A DNA stretch of 64,000 bases from positions 80,193 to 144,192 of IMG/VR virus record IMGVR_UViG_3300046170_000148, one strand, 5' to 3'. Under the pieces are notes generated by a model. That model was given only the letters and a program-made list of their open reading frames with translations. It had not been told where the DNA came from and made no database searches. The stretch comes from a virus. Positions 21,027 to 30,401 of the stretch are shown here, piece by piece (within the stretch, counting starts at the first letter, position 1; every line of letters starts with the position of its first letter). A program made the translations under genes and the position numbers.

Positions 21027-21596
21027 TTAGACAGGAGCTCCAGTCACTTCGAGACTTTCCAGAACTTTTAGGACATTCTGTGGAGATGATTCGCCATATG
21101 GGTCTTCACCATGATTGTCCCCAAAGTCTGGTTCTGGTAAGAATGCCTCGACCACACCATTATCAACAATCATTGCATAACGCCATGAACGATACCCGAA
21201 ACCAAGATTTGCTTTGTCAACCAACATACCCATCTTGCGAGTAAACTCACCCGAACCATCAGGAACAACTTTCACATGTTCGAGGTTCTGGTCTTTTGCC
21301 CAACAGTTCATTACGAAACTGTCATTGACTGATACACAATAGACATCATCGATACCATACTTTGCAAACTCACCTTCAGCCATCAGACGCTCAAAGTCAG
21401 GCAACTGATATGTTGAACACGTTGGAGTAAATGCGCCTGGCAGTGAGAACACCACCACACGTTTATGTAAGTCTTTACCACCGAATAGAAACGAACTATT
21501 TACTTGTCGCCATTCAAATGGATTGTCTCCACCCAGTTCATCATTACGAACACGGGTTGGAAATGTTACTTGAGGTAATACAACACCTTTATTCAT
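21027..21596 (-). CDS. Peroxiredoxin (Prx5 type)
   Basis: SLPGAFTPTCS, VSVND.FVM, RSWRYAM. Confidence 0.9.
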   Translation of the reverse strand: MNKGVVLPQVTFPTRVRNDELGGDNPFEWRQVNSSFLFGGKDLHKRVVVFSLPGAFTPTCSTYQLPDFERLMAEGEFAKYGIDDVYCVSVNDSFVMNCWAKDQNLEHVKVVPDGSGEFTRKMGMLVDKANLGFGYRSWRYAMIVDNGVVEAFLPEPDFGDNHGEDPYGESSPQNVLKVLESLEVTGAPV

Positions 21597-21666
21597 CGTC
21601 TTTATTTTCCCTTATACGCCACGGACGAACATCTTCGCCCAGCGAATCTTCATAGTTTATATTGTA

Positions 21667-21693
21667 GTAGGCAGGATAAAAAATCCTACCCAC
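21667..21693 (-). terminator. Stem-loop downstream of the DUF932 gene
   Basis: GTGGGTAGGAT / ATCCTGCCTAC inverted repeat; no strong U tract. Confidence 0.45.
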
Positions 21694-21709
21694 CAGATTT
21701 CCAATCCAA

Positions 21710-22660
21710 TCAAGAAGCGAGAGCATATTCTACTGCTTTCTCGACTGCTTTGACTTTGCGTGATTGGTTTGCACCAAACCATGCAGAAGTCAAACGTGTG
21801 TCTGCCTCACGACCCATCTTGTGGTCAGTCAGGTAGGTCACGCTATTTAGTGCTTGCCACCATGTGCCTTCACCAAACTCTGCGCCAGGCTGAGTTTCCA
21901 GAACCTCATATGCTTTCTTCGCATTGGTGGTCAGGTCTTCGACAGACTGGACATTAACTTCACTCTTACCTTGATAGGTGCGAGGGAATACTTCGTTGTA
22001 ATACTCAACCAGTGAACCAACCGTGAAACGTTTGGACGAAAGAAACTCTGCGGTCTCTTTATACTGTTGGAACTTCTCATGAGCAATACCCAGAGTTTCT
22101 TTCACGGAGTCAGGATTGAATGCAGTGCGGTGGTTCAGAGATACCGAATTTGCAACCTTCTGACCAAGCGACAGTGACAGTGTGTTGTTGCACACTACAC
22201 GAATCGGAGTGAACCGAACATCGATGGACTTACCATACTGATGCGGGTTAGAGAACAAAAGGTATGAGTCAACTTGGTCACCACCAAGAATGTCAAAGGT
22301 GTCTTTTACTTTCGCAAGACCCCACACCATGTTACCATCTTTGAGTGAACCAGCGGTGTGCATTTCCATATCACCCGCAAGAACATACTCAGAGAAGAAC
22401 TCAAACGCTTCGCTGTTCTGAACTGGATTCCATCCTTTACCGATGACATCCAGAACTTTGTTGTCAGAGGAACGGACAAGCGCTTGTTTACCTTCTACTG
22501 TTGCACCAGACGATGTTACGAGGTCTTCCTTCTCAACTGTCCAGTCCAGACCAGCCTTCTCCATCATCTGACGGGGAGTCAGGTCATTTGATACAGGAAC
22601 ACCGAGACCGTGCCACGGAACTTCTCCTGCGTATGCCATTGTTTCTACTGCATGTGCCAT
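21710..22660 (-). CDS. DUF932/DUF945 family protein
   Basis: MAHAVETMAYAGEVPWHGLG, TAGSL, TPIRVVCNNTL. Confidence 0.85.
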   Translation of the reverse strand: MAHAVETMAYAGEVPWHGLGVPVSNDLTPRQMMEKAGLDWTVEKEDLVTSSGATVEGKQALVRSSDNKVLDVIGKGWNPVQNSEAFEFFSEYVLAGDMEMHTAGSLKDGNMVWGLAKVKDTFDILGGDQVDSYLLFSNPHQYGKSIDVRFTPIRVVCNNTLSLSLGQKVANSVSLNHRTAFNPDSVKETLGIAHEKFQQYKETAEFLSSKRFTVGSLVEYYNEVFPRTYQGKSEVNVQSVEDLTTNAKKAYEVLETQPGAEFGEGTWWQALNSVTYLTDHKMGREADTRLTSAWFGANQSRKVKAVEKAVEYALAS

Positions 22661-22694
22661 AATCAATCTCCTTCTATTTCTCGATTATGTTCTT

Positions 22695-22723
22695 ATAATA
22701 ACACAAACTTATAATAAAGTCAA
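22695..22723 (-). promoter_or_regulatory. Sigma70 early promoter TTGACT-N17-TATTAT
   Basis: Read directly. Confidence 0.75.
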
Positions 22724-22731
22724 GCGTTTTT

Positions 22732-24550
22732 TTACGCTCTAGGAGAAAAAATTTCAATCAATTCATCTTTACCCTTCACCTTGATATCACCAATCTTCTT
22801 GGTTGGCATATCAATCTGGTCATTCGTATAAGATGATATGATAGTCTTGTAATCTATGTAGTCGCCTCGTGCGGCAGTGGCTTCTAGTCTTGCTGCAAGG
22901 TTGACCGCATCTCCAATAACTGAGTAATCAAATCTGGATTCAGAACCCATGTTGCCAACAATACAGTCCCCAGTGTTAATTCCAGTCCCCACGTTGATAG
23001 GAGGGAGACCAGCTTCTTCATATTTTTTTCTAAGTTCATTGGTCTTTTCCTCAATCTGAATAGCAGACTTCACTGCCATCTCTGCGTGGTTAGGGCAAGG
23101 TAACGGTGCGTTCCAGAATGCCATGATACAATCACCCATATACTTATCTATAGTGCCGCCATTGTCTTGAATGATTTTAGTCATCTGATTCAGATAATCA
23201 TTGATAAGATGCACGAGCCCTTCAGGGGTCATCGTTGTTTTTGTAGTGTTCTGATATCGGGGTGAACCCACAGATATCCATAAACAGGAATGTCATCTCT
23301 TTGCGTTCACCACCCAACTTCATGAGACTTGGGTCTTTGGCAAGCATGTCAACCATGTCGGGTGATAGGTATGTCCCGAACTGACCCTTAATCATTTGTT
23401 TCGCCTTGAACTGCGTATAGAACTGCACAAACGAACCGTGTGCGAAGATTATAACAAATGTTATAACAGGGAAGATAGGGTCAAGGAGCATAAAGGTATT
23501 GTCGAATATCAGTGACGCACCATTCACGAAACTTGAACTGATGATGAGGAAAACTACCCCCGAAATCACGATAGAGAGTTTAGATAACATGAATAGTATC
23601 ACTATCGATACCACTATCGTTGCGAAAAGTTCATAAAACTTAAACTCTGGCATTCGTGTGATAGTCACACCGTCAATCATCGTCTTCAACAGGTTTGCCT
23701 GAATGTCGTGGGGATACATCGCACCAACAGGAGTTGATACAACAGATGTTCCCTTGAAGGTCGCACCCAGTATCGCAATGCTTCCTGCGGGTATCTGGTC
23801 TATCTCTGTGAAGGAATATCTCTTGAACTCGTTCCAGAATGCGATACGCACATTACTATTATCGTCTGTCTGCACCACATCAAACTTCGGTATGCGAACA
23901 AATCGTATTCCATAATCGTCTGTCTTGACTTGATAGGATACATCACCCGCAGCCACACGAAGGATATCCAATGCAAAGGCAGGATACATGCGACCCTCAA
24001 AATTCTCAATCAAGGGGACTCTGCGTGTGATACCATCAGTGTCTTGTGTAGATGACATTGTTCCATAACCGATTGCAGCGTCCATGATTTCAGGTCGCGC
24101 AAATAACATACCCTCAAGTTCAGGTCGGAACTCTACTGCGTCTCTTTCACCGAATGTTGCTACACCTACAGGTTTTGGTCGGGAGTCTATGTTCGTCTTA
24201 TCGTTTGGTGCAATGGATACTACTGCGTTCATATCAAACAACGCATCAGCAAGTGCGTCATCACCACCGAACCTGTCTGGTTCTGACAACAAGATATTGA
24301 TACCCAGTATCGAGTTATTGAGTTTTACCAACTCATCTGCCATCGTTTCGCGGGGAATAGGATACTGACCGAACTCCTCTAGAGTCAGCTCGTCAATATC
24401 AATAAGGACAATCTGTTCTGATTGTTTAGCGTCCTGTCCTCTTTGCATCGAGTCAAAGAAAGACAGTCTTGCACTTTCGAGTAGAAAGGGGTCAAGCAGT
24501 CTCAGGGTTACCATCAACCCCAGAGTAATAAGGACGTGCCACGTTTTCAT
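22732..24550 (-). CDS. CHASE2-domain class III adenylate cyclase (joined across extra C near 23224)
   Basis: CHASE2 (IDID..GQYP.PR, DGITRRVP), 3 TM helices, FMDICGFT, DKYMGDC, GDAVNLAARLE. Confidence 0.9.
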
Positions 24551-25654
24551 TGTTTGATATTTATAGTAGAACTACCACCACCGTTTACGGTGATAGGGTC
24601 AAACTCTCGGCCTTCGGTATCGAGGTTTATTGTTGTCTCTTCGTTATTCGATACAGATATCTCTACGATGTTCTGCACATTTCGAATCAAAGTGACTTTC
24701 TCACCATCGACAATCGTGTTGATTTGTGTATCTCCGTCAAACCCTTCTAGTGTCCCTTCTACAAGCGTTTCGCCTTTGTCTTCCTTTTCTTTCAACAACT
24801 CTGCGTCTAGGTCAGAGTATGTGTCAAGTAGATTTGTCAGGAAGTCCACATCCAGATAGTCAATGTCTAGTTCTGTAAACTCCAGATAATCACGTTCTAG
24901 TTCATCATCTTCGAGTAGTTGCTCATCGAGAAAATCGATATCAAGAGGATTGATATTCTGCCGACTATTTACTGACGTATAGAACTCTTGTTCTGTCATT
25001 CTCTCTTTAGGTGGATTGATAATCAAAATGTTATCCAGCATATCTAGAGTCAAGTCTAGAATAGCAGGATTGCTGGGAGGCATTTCACTCACAGAGGTTG
25101 TAGTGGATTGAAACGGTTTATTCAATACCACCTCACCAGTCATAGTTGCAACAATAATTTCACCCGATGATATCCCATTCACATCGGGTAACAGCACTAC
25201 AAGTGTGCGACCAAACTCGTCTACGGTCACAGTAAAGTCTGTGCCGCGAATACCGATTGAGGCAGTCGGTGTTCTCAATCTAATATTCTCTTTTTCAATC
25301 GTCCCAAGTTTGCCTGTAATGAAACGAGCAGTTCCCTGCGCGAATGTCATTGCAAGGTCAGACTTGCTTGGGTCATCATCAAACACCACATTGTCAATCA
25401 CAATGCGTGTGTGTTCGGTCATGCGAAGTTTCGAATCATCGACAAACTTCACCTGCATACGCCCCTCGCCTGTGCGAAGGTCGTCTTTTGATATTATATC
25501 GAACCCTTTTTCAGGTTCGAGTTCATTGGTATCTCTTACAACTTGTCTCCAGCCGACTGCGTCGGTCAATGAGACCTACATCCTTACTGACAGCCGGTAG
25601 CGGTGCCAGAATCAGACTGAGCGATGCATAGAGTATTATCCGTGGTAGCGTCAC
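24547..25654 (-). CDS. FecR-domain periplasmic protein with acidic tail (signal peptide recovered across insertion near 25563)
   Basis: D.LRTG, F.D.S, TPTASIGIRGTDF; upstream frame gives (M)TLPRIILYASLSLILAPLPA. Confidence 0.8.
24558..24565 (-). promoter_or_regulatory. T4 late promoter directly upstream of the cyclase
   Basis: TATAAATA 7 nt before ATG 24550. Confidence 0.6.
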
Positions 25655-26321
25655 CTGAGCCCTCAATTTGTATGTCTAATGTATCAGACTGCAACGTTGA
25701 CTCTTGTTTGATATCAATGTCCCAGTAGTTTGTTGTTCCAACGCCATCGATTGTCATAGAGTGACCATCATATCCGTCACCATCATAATCGATTGTTACA
25801 TTACTTCCTAAGAAGTCAATGCTGTTTGTTGCGTTGTTGATGTCAATATCAGCAGTTACGCTGTTATAGTCACCGTCAACAATCCAGTCAACATCTGCGC
25901 CCGTGGCTTGGTCGTTATTACCAACGCTCAAGTCCAGTGTGTTATTACCACCATCCAAATCGATTACTACATTACCGCTACCAGCACCATAGGTGTCAGT
26001 TCCGTCAATGTCGATTGTGACTGTGTTGGTGTCGCCATCGATGTCTAAATCAACATCGGTGTTGTCACCTATAATATCACCAAGAACTTTGTTGGTATCA
26101 CCAACGGTATCGATACTCAGATTGATGTTATCACCATCAACCTTCATTTTGGTTGTGTCACTAGCGTTATTACTAACTCTGTTGCCACTACCATCTTGAG
26201 TAACGTCAATATCTGCACCAGACCCTACTTGGTCGATGTAGACCGCATTATCAGCCCATGCGAGCGATGTCCCTGCGTTTACTAGGAACAACATCACAAA
26301 TATTCTTTGCAAAGTGTTCAT
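25584..26321 (-). CDS. Secreted curlin-like repeat protein
   Basis: Signal peptide; N.VYIDQVG..IDVTQDG.GN and ~22-aa G-x-x-N repeats; adjacent to csgG. Confidence 0.7.
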   Translation of the reverse strand: MNTLQRIFVMLFLVNAGTSLAWADNAVYIDQVGSGADIDVTQDGSGNRVSNNASDTTKMKVDGDNINLSIDTVGDTNKVLGDIIGDNTDVDLDIDGDTNTVTIDIDGTDTYGAGSGNVVIDLDGGNNTLDLSVGNNDQATGADVDWIVDGDYNSVTADIDINNATNSIDFLGSNVTIDYDGDGYDGHSMTIDGVGTTNYWDIDIKQESTLQSDTLDIQIEGSGDATTDNTLCIAQSDSGTATGCQ

Positions 26322-26322
26322 T

Positions 26323-27135
26323 TTACTCTCCTGTGAATGTCCAGAACTGTTTTCTGTTTCCAAGTTCTATCAGTTCTAAGACACCTGTTTCAATTGCACG
26401 TTGAGTGGCAATCGAAACGCTTTCGTTACGGGCAGTTCCAGACTCAATCTCAACGAGTCTAGTTCCCTGTTCTACATACCGAAATACATCTCCGCCAAAT
26501 GCGACAGATAGTATGGTCTTACTTGTTATGACATCAAGCAATACCTCACCAGTCGCAACACTTATCAACCTCATGTTGATTGTCACCGTGTCACGACTAA
26601 ACTCTCGTGAAGAACCGATGCCAAGATATCTTGCGCCCGAGCCTCCACTTTCGGTAGAGTGGTCATATCCCACAATACCGCCTGCAATAATCATACCAGC
26701 GAATGTCAACGCTGGTAGTTTCTTTGCGCCATCTCCGTCATAAGAACTTCGTGTCTGTCTTATGAGTTGTCTTTCTTTTGTCAACCAGTCCAATGCAGTC
26801 CTATCGACTACCTTGAAGAACCTGCCATTAGACGCACGAGTCAAAGCACGAATCAGATATACATCTGGTGCTTGAGTGACTGCGGTGCTGAATGATGTCC
26901 CACCGCTTGCGTTCTGTCTTTTCTGCCCTGTTTGGTCGGTGAACGAATAAATCGCTACCGTTGGCTTTCTTATCGGAGGTTCAATGTTCTGTAATTGTTC
27001 TGTAAGAAGATTTGATTGAACTTTGACTGGTTCTGGTTTCGCTGGTATATCCCAACTCGTTCCACCTAGAGTGGTGCAACTAGAAACCAAAATCGCCGAT
27101 AGGAATAACAATGACAGTTTGGCTACCATCTTCAT
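26323..27135 (-). CDS. csgG: Curli secretion channel lipoprotein CsgG
   Basis: LVSSC lipobox; VAIYSFTDQTGQ, FSTAVTQ, LTKERQLIRQTR, GGSGARYLGIG. Confidence 0.9.
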   Translation of the reverse strand: MKMVAKLSLLFLSAILVSSCTTLGGTSWDIPAKPEPVKVQSNLLTEQLQNIEPPIRKPTVAIYSFTDQTGQKRQNASGGTSFSTAVTQAPDVYLIRALTRASNGRFFKVVDRTALDWLTKERQLIRQTRSSYDGDGAKKLPALTFAGMIIAGGIVGYDHSTESGGSGARYLGIGSSREFSRDTVTINMRLISVATGEVLLDVITSKTILSVAFGGDVFRYVEQGTRLVEIESGTARNESVSIATQRAIETGVLELIELGNRKQFWTFTGE

Positions 27136-27613
27136 CAGTTACCGTTAACTCCACTTTGTTTTCTACATCATCTTTCACATATGAGATACCCGCACCTTCA
27201 ATTTCAAATTCACCTTGATTGGTTGGGTTCTCACCGAACATCTCTTCGACGAGTTGTCTGGACAGTGTAGAGTAAATTCGACTTTCTACGTTTCGTATAA
27301 ACTTAGCAAGTGTCGTATTCTTTGCGTCTCGTTCTAATTGTTTTTGTAAGTCTTCTAATTCTTGTTTTAATGCTTGTTTGCGTGATGTCTCTTGATTCTC
27401 AATCGTCAGATAGTGTGATGATTGATTGACACCATTGAATGATGGCGACTTGAAGTTGTGTTCGATTGGCGCGCCTATCGCATGACTTATAGCCAGACCC
27501 CAACAGATACCAACTGAAAACCACAATACTGGACTAAAGATTAACTCTGATTTAGTCTTTCCTGACTTGGCCAGCATCTCCCATGCAGTTTGTTCTCTAC
27601 TCGTTCTCTTCAT
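27080..27613 (-). CDS. csgF: Curli assembly protein CsgF (start uncertain)
   Basis: Signal peptide then HNFKSPSFNG; ESRIYSTLSRQL; adjacent to csgG. Confidence 0.75.
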   Translation of the reverse strand: MKRTSREQTAWEMLAKSGKTKSELIFSPVLWFSVGICWGLAISHAIGAPIEHNFKSPSFNGVNQSSHYLTIENQETSRKQALKQELEDLQKQLERDAKNTTLAKFIRNVESRIYSTLSRQLVEEMFGENPTNQGEFEIEGAGISYVKDDVENKVELTVTDEDGSQTVIVIPIGDFGF

Positions 27614-27848
27614 CGTCCTGCCTCTTCATCTCGATTGCAGTGTCTAACTTCTGCTGCAATCGTATAATGTCATTGTCAAGCATACGAATACGGTCAATCA
27701 GACCGATAAGAGTTGTATGGGTTTCACCCAGATACGCCTCAACCTTCTCCGTAATGGTCTTCCATACGAAGTAAATCATATACAGCATACCAACTGCTGC
27801 AACGATAGGGAATCCGAAATCTTTAATTGCTGTTACTATATCCATCAA
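27597..27848 (-). CDS. Small single-TM coiled-coil protein
   Basis: FGFPIVAA TM helix; paralog of the next gene. Confidence 0.7.
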   Translation of the reverse strand: MMDIVTAIKDFGFPIVAAVGMLYMIYFVWKTITEKVEAYLGETHTTLIGLIDRIRMLDNDIIRLQQKLDTAIEMKRQDDEENE

Positions 27849-28126
27849 TCACGTCTCGCATCGTTCTTACCATCTGCTCTGGATATGCGACCTAAGTCAG
27901 GCCGAATACCCAGAACAACACACATGGTAGTGTCGATGCGAATCATATCGTGATTCATAGTTTTAACCCTATTGTCCAAAGCACTTACAATTCCGTGGAT
28001 TGATTGAACCTGACCGATTACACCTTCCATAATGTATCGTAGTGTCAGGAACATAAAGAACCCACCGATGAGTGCTGCGGCAATAGGAAATCCCAGTTCT
28101 GCAATCAAACTGAATATTTCATTCAT
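27845..28126 (-). CDS. Small single-TM coiled-coil protein
   Basis: LGFPIAAA TM helix; LDNRVKTMNHDMIR mirrors the paralog's LIDRIRMLDNDIIR. Confidence 0.7.
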   Translation of the reverse strand: MNEIFSLIAELGFPIAAALIGGFFMFLTLRYIMEGVIGQVQSIHGIVSALDNRVKTMNHDMIRIDTTMCVVLGIRPDLGRISRADGKNDARRD

Positions 28127-28155
28127 ATCGCACACTTACCTCTTTATCTCATTCC

Positions 28156-28163
28156 TATTTATA
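28156..28163 (-). promoter_or_regulatory. T4 late promoter heading the csg/cyclase operon
   Basis: Exact TATAAATA. Confidence 0.75.
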
Positions 28164-28184
28164 AGGAAAAAGGTCTCTATGAAC

Positions 28185-28225
28185 AAAAAAATGAGACGCT
28201 AACCGTGGGCGTCTCGCGGGTCTAT
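28185..28225 (-). terminator. Intrinsic terminator
   Basis: GAGACGC-N9-GCGTCTC followed by ATTTTTTT. Confidence 0.7.
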
Positions 28226-28285
28226 TGCGCGACCAACCGTTGGGGATTACTCCGACCAGAGCAGAGTTTTGAGACATCATCGGGT

Positions 28286-28744
28286 CTATTCGACTATGTG
28301 AAGTAGAACTCTCTCCTCGTCGGTAAAGTTATACCCCGCATATAGTCTTTGAGATTGATAGGAGATACTTTCTCCAACAGCCCATTTCTTTATCTCACCG
28401 TCTTCAAATACCATTCCTGTCTCACCATTCGGCACTATCAGAGGAATGTGATGAACAATCGAGTCCGAATAGTATTTGATATGTGTATTCGGTGGGACAA
28501 ATGATTTTGGATATAGAACAATGAAATGAGCTGCTCGTATCCTATCATCTGAAATCAATTCTTGAGTTTCTGGTATTAGTTGACTGGCTTTCGAGTATCT
28601 TCCATATTTTAGAATTACTGTTCCCCAACCTTTACCAAAAGGATTCTGTTCTTTATGTGGTATTCTCCTCACATATTTCTTTACTGTTTGATAATCTCTT
28701 TCAAGAATATCAACATTAGATAGCAACTTTTCGACCAGACTCAT
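28286..28744 (-). CDS. Asp/Asn beta-hydroxylase-like protein, possibly degenerate
   Basis: HIPLIVP..W..GE..YN.TDEERVLL; iron-binding His positions appear substituted. Confidence 0.55.
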   Translation of the reverse strand: MSLVEKLLSNVDILERDYQTVKKYVRRIPHKEQNPFGKGWGTVILKYGRYSKASQLIPETQELISDDRIRAAHFIVLYPKSFVPPNTHIKYYSDSIVHHIPLIVPNGETGMVFEDGEIKKWAVGESISYQSQRLYAGYNFTDEERVLLHIVE

Positions 28745-29744
28745 ATTCTTCTCTTCGAATATTGTCAACCAACGCTAAGAATTCAGAACCATCCATCACG
28801 TTACCATCCACTGTATATTCGTCTTTGTGACCCTTGCCTGGATATAGTTTGTCCATATACGAGATATTACGCCACAACTTACGCATGTTACCATCCATTA
28901 TATCAGTTGGACGAGCGTGTAGAGTGATGTTCTGTTCCATATAAACAACCTGACCATCCTTCCAATCATGGGTGTAGATATATTCAGGACGATTGATTTT
29001 CTCCCACAGATAGTCCTTGAACTTCAGACTTTCTTCTTCGGTCATACCATCAAACTTATGGAAGAGTGTGCCAGGGAAGTGAATACCCTTTACACCAGAC
29101 GGTGTTGACTGTTGTAGTTTACACATCATACCATCAACAGGAACTTGATTGTATCTAACCATCTGTTTCTGTTCGTCAATCAGATTACCTGTAAAGTTTT
29201 CTCTGTTCCAACGATATACACTCTGGAGTTCATCAACCATCGTTCTGTCTTCGTGGTTCAGTTTGTTATATGCTTCTTTGGTGCATAGGAATGCGGTCTG
29301 TGACCCTTCGGTATGTTCAACCGACACTAGACCGATGATGCGGTCTCCGTCATTGAGAGCAACTTGGTCACTATGCCAGCCCAGTATACCATTTGCAAAA
29401 ACGCCCTTCGGTCTACCCTTTTTGTTTCTTTGATAGGTAACAACCGACATAGTGTTTCGATAGTCTGGTTCAATCTCTGATGAACCGTTGAGAATATTCA
29501 ATCGAAGACTATTCCAATGAATACCCTTCATTGTCCCTACGGATGTTGCAAGATGAACAATTGAGTGTGCGGGATTACCCCACTGCATCTGAACATCATA
29601 TGTTCGCTTCTGGTCTAGTTTCTGGTCTACCAGAACAACAGACTCATTCGCAACAAGTCTACCCAAATCTGCGATATGTTCGTCAGAATAGATATCAAAG
29701 TCATACGCTTCTACTGCGTTATTCTTTAGAGTTCTTACTTTCAT
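28716..29744 (-). CDS. TauD/TfdA family 2-oxoglutarate dioxygenase
   Basis: WHSD, GSQTAF, HDW..G..V..QNITLHAR..R.LWR. Confidence 0.8.
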   Translation of the reverse strand: MKVRTLKNNAVEAYDFDIYSDEHIADLGRLVANESVVLVDQKLDQKRTYDVQMQWGNPAHSIVHLATSVGTMKGIHWNSLRLNILNGSSEIEPDYRNTMSVVTYQRNKKGRPKGVFANGILGWHSDQVALNDGDRIIGLVSVEHTEGSQTAFLCTKEAYNKLNHEDRTMVDELQSVYRWNRENFTGNLIDEQKQMVRYNQVPVDGMMCKLQQSTPSGVKGIHFPGTLFHKFDGMTEEESLKFKDYLWEKINRPEYIYTHDWKDGQVVYMEQNITLHARPTDIMDGNMRKLWRNISYMDKLYPGKGHKDEYTVDGNVMDGSEFLALVDNIRREEYESGRKVAI

Positions 29745-29765
29745 ACAACTATATATCCAATTTAT

Positions 29766-29843
29766 TGGTCGGGGTTGGAAGATTCGAACTTCCGACCTCT
29801 CGCTCCCAAAGCGAGCGCACTACCAGGGCTGTGCTAAACCCCG
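29766..29843 (-). tRNA. tRNA-Pro(UGG)
   Basis: Cloverleaf; CTCGC-TTTGGGA-GCGAG anticodon arm, GTTCGAAT, encoded CCA. Confidence 0.95.
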
Positions 29844-30028
29844 TCGAAATATTTCTTAATAGTTTCAATCTTCTCATCAGCGGCTGCCATTTTCTCGACT
29901 TCTTTTTCGATAGTCTCGATAATATCGATGTGTTCCCCAATACCAACAGACTGGTTTAGATATACATCAACATTTGCTTTTGCCACGGCGATATCGCCTT
30001 CAAGTTTTTTAATCAGTGCTTCTAACAT
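29834..30028 (-). CDS. Small conserved hypothetical protein
   Basis: 64 aa; NVDVYL..SVGIGEH; AGGAG RBS. Confidence 0.75.
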   Translation of the reverse strand: MLEALIKKLEGDIAVAKANVDVYLNQSVGIGEHIDIIETIEKEVEKMAAADEKIETIKKYFDGV

Positions 30029-30047
30029 TTCATACTCCTAATAATTA

Positions 30048-30388
30048 GTGGGGACTTCTGTTGCTAGGCGTCCCCTGACCCCGAAAACTATGCGGCTAGC
30101 GCATAATCCTCATGTGCGTAATTATCGTTTGCACTTACGAGTTTGTTGCGCTCTTGCGGATGGGATTGCCCGTCCGTCTCACAGGTGGCTTCCGCACCTA
30201 TTCTCCACATTCCTAATCAATACCTGTCGAACCTGTTTCGCCCCCGAAACTTTAGTGTGAGGGGTTTCTGCTCCTCTGCTACAACCCCTCACGGAACTCA
30301 CAGATTGGGCCTCTCCTTGAGAGAGATTGGTGGAGGCGGTGGGTATCGCACCCACGTCCAGTATACCTTTTGGTTTGCTTCAACGAAT
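30048..30388 (-). ncRNA. ssrA: Circularly permuted two-piece tmRNA: acceptor piece ~30388-30328, intervening segment 30327-30246, coding piece 30245-~30048
   Basis: GGGGGCG/CGCCTCC-ACCA acceptor stem with G3.U70; T-arm GTGGG-TGCGATA-CCCAC; tag ORF 30132-30088 = ANDNYAHEDYALAA*. Confidence 0.92.
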
Positions 30389-30393
30389 ACCCT

Positions 30394-30401
30394 TATTTAT
30401 A
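30394..30401 (-). promoter_or_regulatory. T4 late promoter for tmRNA
   Basis: Exact TATAAATA just upstream of the acceptor piece. Confidence 0.75.

Noticed and set aside
28255-28290. Hammerhead ribozyme (CCGATGA resembles CTGATGA)
   Set aside because: Core mismatch, and no correctly placed GAAA or three-stem junction.
29749-29946. ORFs overlapping tRNA-Pro and the tmRNA (29749..29946, 30048..30260, 30143..30478)
   Set aside because: They overlap well-supported RNA genes and have no coding signals.
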